Assembly (NCBI GenBank): GCA_024626585.2
Contig: JANKJI020000004.1
Location: 70,997,489 to 71,017,260 of the forward strand
Length of the DNA stretch: 19,772 nt
From: Ginkgo biloba
Lineage: Eukaryota; Plantae; Ginkgophyta
Reading direction: 5' to 3'
Within the stretch, counting starts at the first letter, position 1. Every line of letters starts with the position of its first letter. Of this stretch, positions 10,432-19,772 are shown piece after piece. The notes under the pieces were generated by a model, which saw only the letters and a program-made list of their open reading frames with translations, did not search any database and was not told the DNA's origin. Made by a program: the position numbers and the translations under genes.

Positions 10432-11207
10432 ATGAGACTGTTGCTGAAGAAGATGATAAGGAGGATTTTGAAGAGCCTTTGCGAAAGATGATGAAGAATG
10501 CCAAGCTGCAAGGGACTAGAAAAAAAAATCATTTGGGAGATAAAATGCCTTCAGAAACAGTCAATCTGCGGAAAGGTTGCAGCAACGAGATATCAGATAA
10601 ATCACTTGGGGTGACAAGAATTGATTCCGATAAATTTGCGCACTCCAAGAGTCTAGAAACAGATAAACCTTCAGGTCAAGTGATGAATGGAATGGATAAT
10701 ATAGAAGGAGAAGGTGTGCCCGACCAAGCTAAAGTTGGTGAAGATAAACAGATTGGTAGTGATACGGAAATGCTGTTTTCTCCAAAAAGAAAAAGAGCCC
10801 GAACAAGTAATAAGAAACTGGAATCATCCATGCCAAGTGAAAATCAAGTTCTGCCAGAGGATTTTACTGTGTTGTCTGAATTGTCCAAAGTTAAGCGAAG
10901 GCGTATGAAAGGCCCTGGCGGAAATTCAGATGCCAAAAAGGAAATCAAGACCCAAGGATTAACCATGGTAACAACTGAAGGAGTGCCAGTTGGTCTTGCT
11001 AGAGCAACATTGAAACCTTCTAAATTATCTACGAATAATCAGAAGTCGGAACAAAATAAAGATTCAGTGCCAAAAGTATCAAGATTAGATGCCAGTGATG
11101 GCGACTCATTAAAAGCTGTGCAGACAATCTCACCTGGAAGCGAGAAGGTTTCTACAGAAGATGCTACTCCAAATGCAAGACAAGAAGTTGTTCACCGGCG
11201 TAAAAAG
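10432..11207 (+). CDS. PDS5: PDS5 exon P, long charged and likely disordered exon (start in N gap; ETVAEEDDKEDFEEPLRKMMKNAKLQGTRKK...VVHRRKK)
   Basis: Open frame from the gap edge; EPLRKMMKNAKLQGT resembles the homologous EIPLGKIVERLRAQGT segment; K/S/E/D-rich; probable donor aag|gtgcca at 11208. Confidence 0.8.
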
Positions 11208-11315
11208 GTGCCACTTTTAAATAGGTCATGTTTGTGGTGATTGAAACTTACTTGGAATTTTAGAGTAAACATGAGAAATCCACTGACAGCAGAATCACTT
11301 TCTTTCTGGATGCAG

Positions 11316-11429
11316 AAGTCTATTGCTGTGCCAGAGTCTGTTGCAAAGAGTTCCGACGATACTATAAAGACTCCCAGGGGAACTGCCAGAAAGCCTTTGA
11401 AGAGGAAAAGTATCTCAGGACTGGAGAAG
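11316..11429 (+). CDS. PDS5: PDS5 exon Q (KSIAVPESVAKSSDDTIKTPRGTARKPLKRKSISGLEK)
   Basis: Branch-like ctgac and pyrimidine tract then tgcag ending 11315; donor gtaatc at 11430; 114 nt, phase 0 to 0; KRKSISGLEK corresponds to the KRRSxxGLAK motif preceding the Tudor domain. Confidence 0.78.
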
Positions 11430-12468
11430 GTAATCTTCCATTTTTTCCAGCAAGATTCAGTTGTTTTCTTGTATCCACAATTTGGCACCTTTTTTGGGGT
11501 TTCTATAAGTTATTTATCCTTTGTTAATCTCCTCACTCTATAGTCCCATGCCACACTCTTTCCCTAATCTAGTTTTACCTATTATGACAGAGATAAAACA
11601 ACTAAAACTATGAAATGATCGAGTCTACCTACTTGTAATAATGTGTTAAGAAATTTGTAAGACCACACAACTTTATAGTGTTGGAACTAGAGTGTTCCAC
11701 AAAGAATATGCTAGCAATGCTAGGATATGATTGTCCTACCTACTCTATTAAAACTAATTTTATTGAAGAAAATAAGGAGAATGTCTACTACTTGGTCTTA
11801 CAGTCATTTTCCTTGGTTACAATGCACTATATATATATATTTTCTTTTTTATTTGATATAATGAGGAATGAGAATGGCTAAAAAATTATGAGGATTCATG
11901 TTTGAGAATAGAAAATTAAAAATCATAGTATAAGGTTATTTCATAAAAAAAATTCACTTCAAACAAAGTTAATGTTGTTACGTGTCGGTGCATGTATTTG
12001 TAAAGAATTTCATGGTAGTACATAGACTAAAGGTGCACATTGACATGATACCATAAAAGTTCACAGACTAAAGGTGTGCATTAATACGGTGAGGTCTTAG
12101 GAAGCACGCATTGATGTAATACATACACAAAAATATGGTATAGTGCATAATTATTGTAAGCCCATGAAGGTTTTGAGTTTTCTCTAGAAATTGGTTTGTA
12201 CAATAAGATGAAATAGAGAACAACTATTAAAGAGGCAACGACAACGTTAAGAGGCTATCTGAGTTGTAATCTGTTTAAGAGATGATCAATAGTTGACTAT
12301 GGTAGATTCATTTTACACCAAAATCATGCCCGATTTGTAAACTTTGAATTGTAGTAACTCCTTCCCTGTAATGAACTCAATAGGTGTATGAAGATAGGAG
12401 AGAAAATAATAACCAAAACCTTGATACCTTCATATATTCACTTTCCATAGAAGTTTGCCTAAGACTTT

Positions 12469-12502
12469 CTTCGATACCACTTGTTAAGAACTTTCTCCCA
12501 TA
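12469..12502 (-). mobile_element. Possible LTR 3' end plus tRNA-iMet primer-binding site remnant
   Basis: Minus strand reads ...cttaaCA-ag-TGGTATCgaag; the canonical junction is CA-(n)-TGGTATCAGAGC. The putative LTR runs into the N gap. Confidence 0.45.
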
Positions 12503-13980
12503 NNNNNNNNNNNNNNNNNNNNNNNNNNNNNNNNNNNNNNNNNNNNNNNNNNNNNNNNNNNNNNNNNNNNNNNNNNNNNNNNNNNNNNNNNNNNNNNNNN
12601 NNTAATATTTTTTGATCACGGCATTCACCAACTATGTACTTTCTATGTGTATATTATTCACAGTACTTTGTAATGTTTTCAATCATAAGATCTGATTAAG
12701 GTATGCATTGGAATGTTACTTATGCAAACTTGTGACGTGCTGTTTGTTAAAGAGGGTGGGAAACCATACACTGGCATTGAAAGTTCCAGATGAATGTTTA
12801 AAATTTTAATCCCATGCCTAGTTNNNNNNNNNNNNNNNNNAATCCTTTGTAGGAACAAAAAATGATGAAATTACATGTTGTAGAGATGCATTAGTCATTG
12901 ATGAAGCTTTGGCCATTCATTGTCTACATTACAGATCTTTGTGCATGGTTGGAGTGCTAAGCAGTCTTCAGTGTTAATTTCCAATAATGACGTATATCTG
13001 TGGACTCAAAATCCTTTTCCGTTTATTGGAACATTGACCTGCTGAAACAAGAAGATATCTTCACATTTGACTGCTCCTATTTGGGCTTGTTACAACTAGT
13101 GGTACCGAGGACTTCAATACAGATACACAAAGGTCAGAATTTACATTTCACCCCAATAAAGGTCACTGTGTCTGGGGATGAAGAGCATACCACAGTAGAT
13201 TATTACCACTGGTTGTCCTCCCTTCAATAACCTTCTGCTCCTGATAATCCATAATGAAATACACCTATATTGCACAAGATATTTATAAGTAGTTGACATG
13301 TCTAGAATGAAATATAATGTAGTAATAAAAATACAATAAATCAATGTTGTATTTCGTGCAAGAGGTTGCTCATAATTGACAGAACAATAAGATATTTGAT
13401 TACTATTCCATAAACACAAAATACTAAAAATCATTCTTAATGTAGCTTCTCTCTTATTTTTAGAAAAAACCTTGGCATTAAAATTATATGCTCTAATCTA
13501 TGCAATTGATGTTAATGCTCATCATCTTTGTCTGTCTAAAAATTATCATTTCAATAGAGAGATAAACTCCATAAATGAAATATGATTTATACCAATAGTC
13601 TTCATCAACCACCCATTGATCCAAATTAATTATTATTTTCAAATACATTTAGAAATGCTAGCTACATTGCACCAAAATGATAGACATAAGATTGGGACTA
13701 TGGTCTTGATCTTCTCTTGGAACATAAAAGAAAATCAATCTCCTTTATACTTTTTGTCATATTACAGAAAGATTACCAAAGCCAATCATGATATATGCGA
13801 GGTCATTCAAAGAAAATTTCCAAAACTTATGGCTAAATAGAGATTGTTATATATAATAAAAAGTTATACATTAAGCTAACTTTATAGAGTGAAGAATCCA
13901 TTCAATTTTGATTTTTAAATATATAACATGAAATGTGGTCAAAATCATATTTGGTTATTTAATAAATTATATCGTTTGAA

Positions 13981-14286
13981 TAGACGCAAAACACTACCTA
14001 AGAAACATGGAACAAAGCCTAAAGTCAGAGGTAGATAGGGAACATTACCCAAGCAATATGGAATAGAGCCTAAACTCGAAGATAGATGGGGAACACTACC
14101 CAGACAATATGGAATAAAGAATAAAGTTAGAGATAGACAAGGAACACTACCTAGGTAATATGGAATAGAGAATAAATTTTGAGATAGACAGGGAACACTA
14201 CTTAGGTAATGTGGAATAGAGACTAAAGTTAGAGATAAATGGGGAGAGCTTCCCAAGAGATATGAAATAGAACCTAAAGTTAGATA
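13981..14286 (+). repeat. Minisatellite, ~6 copies of a 51-bp unit
   Basis: Units begin at 13990, 14041, 14092, 14143, 14194 and 14245 with no indels; consensus approx. aacactacccaggcaatatggaatagagaataaagttagagatagacaggg. Confidence 0.92.
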
Positions 14287-15399
14287 AATAATGAGAATAG
14301 AGAGTTAAAAATAATGGAGACGACAAATAATTTAAAGAATTAAAAAGTGATGTAGAGAATAAGAAATGGGCCATGGAGGTTATGACACCCCAAGAAAAAA
14401 AAATTAGTGGGTAAATTGAAATCCACTATGTTCATTACTTTTCACCAGAAAGAACACCTAGAGTGTCAATGCAAATAATTAATTATCGCGAAAATTATTT
14501 GCCATGATTGCAATTCTCTATATGTGTTCCATAATCAAAACCCTTTAGTAATGCAATAAAGTCACAGTTATAGAGTTTCCATCTTATTTCGAGTAATCAT
14601 AAGAAAATTGTAGGGCCCATAAAAAATACACCTAAGAACAACATTCAGAAAGTGATACTATGACGGGTAAATGATATAGATCTGATGTAGGAGTACTTGG
14701 AGGAGAGAAAAAGTATCCACATTCACTCAAATATTAAATTCATAGATATATCTATATTATAAGCTATATATATGATTTGTATTTCAGTGGGTGAGTCAAA
14801 ATCTCCTAATGTTAGTAATTATGAATTCTAATTTTTTAATTAATTATCTAAAAATAATTAAAATTATGTGTCTAAACATGTATATAGTCCCAACATATTT
14901 GAATCTAAAAAATTCAAAGACAAAAATTGGAAACACACCCAAATTTATACACAAACACAAGGTTTNNNNNNNNNNNNNNNNNNNNNNNNNNNNNNNATCC
15001 ATTCTAAAATAATATTAGAAAATTGTTTATAGCAAGGAAATATAAAAAATTCTGTCTTTGGATTTGTCTATGAGATGCAACTTAAGAGTTGTACATGACT
15101 ATGACATCTCCAATCCAAGTGTAGTATGCCTATCTCCAAAGACTCTCTTACACTACATTAGATTCAATCCAATAACTGACAATTCTTACTATAATTATAA
15201 TGTGAAAATCTAACCCAAATGTCAATAAAACCTAGAGGAATTAAAATATAGAAATCCCTAAATTGAATTACCAAATGTTATTATTATTATGACTTTAAAT
15301 ACCAAATGCCCTATATTTAGAATGGATTTTTTTTTTAAATATCAAAAAATTTATTCTTTTTTTAACATATTCTAAATATAGACACTATCCAACCTTTTA

Positions 15400-16880
15400 A
15401 AATAAAGTAATTCCTTAACCTTTTATTTGTCAAGTAAAGTTTAAAAATCCTTCTCGTCTATATTATTTATTAATCTAATAAAGAATTATAATTTTAATAA
15501 TAAAGGTAAATAATACTTCAAATTTGTATGTTTTCTATATATTGATGATTGATCTTTATAATGGCACTTTCTAAAAATTTGACAGCATGAAACTTTTCTT
15601 CCTTTAAATTCCAAGTTAATTGGAGAGAAATTAGGGATTTTAAAGATGATGGGAGATTAATAGTTGGTCCAATCATATTTATTTTAATACTTAATTCAAG
15701 TTAAAATGGAAAACATACTCACACACATAAACACACCATACCATAAAGGAAAAACTGATTTAAGTGATCTATAACCACATGAAATTTAATAACAACTTAA
15801 TGGAAATAATAATTTTTGGATTGCTCCCTTTTATTTATTTCATTTATTATTCTAGGGGATAGGAGGAGGTGTTAATTAGGATATTATGGGGGATATCTAG
15901 GCTTGTTGATTTAATCCCATAAAATCATTACTCTTATTATTTTAAATCTAATCTCTCTTTGAATCCTGTGTTTCTAATACTTGTGAATCATTTATCTTTT
16001 CCATTAAAAAGAATGAATATAATTGGAACTTATATTAAAAGAGAGGTGAATATGTACATTAATGTGAGTAAAAAACATTCATATTAATAAGAGAGTATAG
16101 AATATTTAGTTGGAGAACATGTTGATTTCTCAACTCCCAAATATTATATGCCAATTTAAGAAGCATTTTAATAACTTCAATTAAAGTTTTTAAATTTGTA
16201 TAGGACCATAATCCCTTTTGCATGCCTTTTTCCAACTGAAGAAAGAAATTGGTATAAGAAAGGTATTAGTATAATTGGGTAGCTATGGAATAGAAAATAT
16301 GGGAGATGGTTCATGTGGATAGAGTTTAGAGATTTATAGGGGATTCTTGATGACTTCATTGTCCTCAGTGGATTTATTGGCATTGGATTTCTAACACTCC
16401 TTTCTTGCATTACATTATAAAAAATGCCTCTTCTTGGTTCTATTCTTTTATTGATATCAAAGAAACATGTGATAATATTTGGAAGCATGATTAATAACAT
16501 CAAGCTTGGGAGACAAGGTTCTCTATTATTTTGCACCTCAACATTGAGGGAAAAAAAATAAAAAATCTCTACCTTTTTCTAGACAATGGTCTCCAAATCA
16601 ACTCTTACATTCAAATATTGAGAATCTTTATACCCTTCACATTTTTTTTGACCAAGAATCTCTTTTCATATTTTTTAGGGCTACCCTCATGTAATTAATG
16701 TCTAAAAGAGATTAGAGATTTTATGAAATAATTTTTTTTTTTAAACTCTCGAATATAACATGGTGATCTTAGTGGATATAGATTCTCTAGAATTTGGTTA
16801 CATAAATTCTTGGCACTTTATTAGATTTGGGTTCTTATGGTATATATATGGAAGATTAGAAATGACATAGTCTTCAATGA
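15400..16880 (+). mobile_element. Highly decayed L1-type LINE ORF2 C-terminal remnant (post-RT region and zf-RVT); boundaries approximate
   Basis: Collinear motif relics: QVNWREIRDFKDDGRL (~15612-15660, cf. LVxWxxICxPKxxGGLG), WETRFSIILHLNIEGKKIKNLYLFL (~16507-16580), ESLFHIF*GYPHV (~16655-16695, cf. ExxxHIFWxCP), WHFIRFGFLWYI/WKIRNDIVFN (16811-16878, cf. LWxIWKxRNxxVF). Confidence 0.65.
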
Positions 16881-18969
16881 TTCTCATGTTCTTGATACCA
16901 TCTCTGACACATATGCCATATTTCTATGTGACACCCTATATGGATGAATGTTAGGTTAGAGGCCCATGCTATTAAGGAAGGCCATATTCACACTCTTATA
17001 GATCAACTTTTGGGAGAAGTTTGATAATACATCCATTGGGGAGAAAGGATTTCCTTTGATTAGTCTAATAATAATGATGTAGACATAGACATCATGTAGA
17101 AAATGTTCTTATTTTTTCTTAGGTGTTATGCACAAGTCTAATTCCTTTTCCCTTTCCCCTTGTTTAGAATCATAGTTAATTAGAATGAGATCAGACATAG
17201 GAAGTATAATCCAATACTCATTAATATCATGCTTTATGGAATCTCAACCAATCCATTTTGCCTTTAGAGGATATGGTTCATACTCTAAATTGATGGTTTA
17301 CTCGTATGTTATCTTATGTAGTTACTAGGGGCCAACCAACCCTTCATTTTGTAATGGTTACCAAACTAGTTCTCTTTTTTGTAATAGTTATAAAAAATAA
17401 CAAGAAAAAAACACTCTTCTATCATTCCAAAGGGTCCATTTTATTTTTGTAAGACCCTCCTTGATCACTCTTATAAAATAGTTTTTTTCTTTTATTATAA
17501 TTTAATAGTCTCATTTCAACAATATATATATACTACATACAATTCATTTTTTCATTAATATATGTAATATTTCTACCAATTATTTTGACTTGATTATGAG
17601 CTTAGAGAGTAGTATAGAAAATATTTAAAATTTGTCACTTTTCAAAATATGTGAGCGTCAAAATTCCTTTGATAGTGGAAAGAAAATTAGCACCCATGGA
17701 AGCTCATCATATCATATCATATGTATATCTGGTGGTAGATTAATCAATCATGGTTTTAACTAATAATGGTTTCCACACATAATAATTTTATACATGGAAA
17801 ATTATAAATTTGAATATTTCCACCTTACCTAGAAACTCTAATCTAATAAGTTAAATAATAGACCTCAAAAGGTTTTTATATCTATCAATACAAGTCCTTC
17901 CTATACCATTAATTGTGTGATTCCTTTGACTTAATAATAGGCATACTTAATACTTCCATATGAATTCACATGTTCTTTTCTAATAAGCATTGCCTTGCTT
18001 GTTCCTTCCAATCTGTTGTTGCAATAAGCCTTGCTTCATTGGATCGGCAAACATAAACTGGGGACATCAAATACATGTACTGATGCAATCAACCAATGTT
18101 TAGTATCGACACATACATAATACAATCTTGAAAGTACAGAAGCAAGCTATAGATTTGGCCCCTTAGGCACTGGCTGGATCAGCCATTGGATAAATAGTTA
18201 CCAAAAGTAACTCTTTGGCATGTTTCAGACTGGATAGGTCAAAATGCAAAAGTTTGGGATTTAATACCGTAATTTTTATAGTAAAAGGTTGTAACTTTTT
18301 TCTCCCTTCTTTTGAACACAAACCTATATTCATAAAACTGGAGCATTAAGGGGGTGTAAGCTATTGCCCATAGTACTATGTATGAGACTAGGAAACTTAC
18401 TAAAGTTCGTTCTACATCATATTGGTATATTTATCTGAACTATTATTCTTACACCAAGTATATGATGTGTAAAAAGTATAGACTTTTGTGGACAGAAGCC
18501 ATCCATTGCTCTGAAGNNNNNNNNNNNNNNNNNNNNNNNNNNNNNNNNNNNNNNNNNNNNNNNNNNNNNNNCTTCCCTCAAAGATACCTTACTGCATGAA
18601 GAAACACCGACCTGATTGGCCTTTGATTTTTCTCATTGGTTTGGCAGGCTGGAAATTTTATGCTGAAAAAAGGAAACTGGATACCATGTGTTGTAGTCCA
18701 GATTGACACCAACTACCAAAAAAAAAAAGTGGGAGCTATGGACCAGAGAAGTGGCATTACCATTATAATCAGATTAAGTTTGACTTGTGTTNNNNNNNNN
18801 NNNNNNNNNCAAAACCCCATTCTGGAGGCAAAGTGAGCAATAGGCAAACATGTGTAATACCAAGTAGATACACTCCAAAGCTAATAGAATTGGATGGTCT
18901 TCATCAACACCTTCTGGACCAAACTAAATAACTTCAAACCTAGGATGCACACATGGGCTAGTCATAGCT

Positions 18970-19772
18970 TGTTACGGGCTCCCGGGATTGCTTTGTAGAA
19001 CCTATGTCACGCAGAAACAAGTATATCATCAGTGCAAAAATGTATTCTACTCTTTGGCAGGATCCACTTGAAGTATGACTTCAAAGCCTTGGGCTTATGA
19101 AGCATGGTTGGGATTCAAAAGGATTTGTTTGTCAGATGACTTCCCAACATCTAGCGAAGAACATCCAAGCTAGGATGCCGTTGCACCTAATCTATTAGGG
19201 GTTCCCACTCCCTTACAGACAAGCATTGGCCCCTTGGTTTACCAAGTTGATCTCTCCCAATTGTTTTGGGGATGCTTTTATTTTCACTTTACCCTTTCTC
19301 GTCTTTCTTTTCTTGAAAATTATTATACACAGCCTAATTCTCTTTAATTGTTTCTCTTATGTACACGTTCAAGCTATGATCTTTCACATATTTAGTTGTC
19401 ATTTGATATGAAGCAACTTTGTTTGCAATTCATCCAATCTTTGTTGATGCTTATAAGAGTCTTTTCCAATTGCTCCACGTTACTTGTGGATGCCATTTGT
19501 GTGGAAGAATGTGACTTGAAACCTAGCTTTGATACCATTCTTACATGCTCCCCAAGGTCGCTTTGTAGAACATGTTGTGCTCAACCAAGCGTATAATTGG
19601 TGTGTCAAAGCATCTTGGATTCAATTGGAGCACAACTTCAAATTCTTTTGCGTATGAGGCATGGCCGATCCGTATAGGACTTGAATGGAGATTGAGGCTA
19701 GGTGATCCTGGGACATCAGCTAAGAACATGCATCTTAGAATGCGGCCCTTCATAATCTATTAGGGGATCCCT
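18970..19772 (-). mobile_element. Short LTR element: two related ~250-bp LTR-like copies (18970-19217; 19539 to beyond window) around a ~320-bp internal region with PBS
   Basis: Copy 1 has TGT...ACA termini. Both copies share gctttgtagaac, acttcaaa...tatga.gcatgg, aagaacat and taatctattagggg.tccc in the same order. A PBS lies next to copy 2. Confidence 0.75.
19526..19537 (-). other. Primer-binding site complementary to the tRNA-iMet 3' end
   Basis: Minus strand TGGTATCAAAGC, 11/12 match to the plant consensus TGGTATCAGAGC, 1 nt from the LTR-like boundary at 19539. Confidence 0.75.

Larger units (their letters stand above)
743..11429 (+). pseudogene. PDS5: PDS5A-like cohesin cofactor gene, internal and 3' part (17 exons); disrupted as assembled by 1 frameshift and 2 nonsense codons
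   Basis: Spliced translation matches plant PDS5A motifs in order (WIPGKIIRCCYDKDFR, LLFGKEHVKE, SVDLLLE, AKYAVQALAAITKD, IYGIKTLVKSYLP, VDKAHLRLAAAKSVLRLSRHWD, KVHQY, YLVHALAHH, KRKSISGLEK). Visible intron ends are GT-AG with matching phases. The family call is very secure; pseudogene status is less so because a chimeric assembly is possible. Confidence 0.65.

Noticed and set aside
10479-11240. 253-aa ORF as a standalone gene
   Set aside because: It is exon P of PDS5 plus read-through into the following intron; the TTG start is not real.
11678-11881. CSTK after an AG at ~11693, resembling the start of the Tudor-containing exon
   Set aside because: The following residues (NMLAMLGYDCPTY) lack the GxRIxVWWP motif and there is no pyrimidine tract directly before the AG; probably chance.
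12021-12084. Two copies of ca.agactaaaggtg..catt at 41-bp spacing
   Set aside because: Only two short copies, likely an internal TE sub-repeat; not informative.
13981-14286. CRISPR-like array
   Set aside because: Whole units are homologous with no unique spacers, there are no cas genes, and the context is eukaryotic.
16177-16536. 119-aa minus-strand ORF
   Set aside because: Antisense to the LINE remnant, with no recognisable homology.
18636-18836. Acceptor-like ttggcag followed by an open frame (AGNFMLKKGNWIPCVVV)
   Set aside because: None of the three frames resembles the PDS5 C-terminus or any family I recognise.

Overview
Eukaryotic (land-plant, possibly gymnosperm-like) nuclear DNA from a gappy draft assembly with 12 N-runs, three of them exactly 100 N. 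Bases 743-11429 (+) hold 17 GT-AG exons from the middle and 3' part of a PDS5 (sister chromatid cohesion protein, PDS5A-like) gene; splice phases are consistent wherever both exon ends are visible. As assembled the gene is disrupted. Exon E has a frameshift best explained by a 20-nt deletion between two ATACTTGCT microhomologies. Exon G has two in-frame stops at Gln positions (TAG 5059, TAA 5185). All lesions sit in one block bounded by 100-N gaps, so this is either a pseudogene or a paralogue chimera. The rest is intronic or intergenic TE debris: a Ty1/copia RT fragment, a decayed L1-type LINE ORF2, a short two-LTR element with a tRNA-iMet PBS, a 51-bp tandem array and local duplications. The expected C-terminal Tudor-domain exon is not visible. 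I found no convincing novel biological system; homologue comparisons are from recalled motifs, not from searches.
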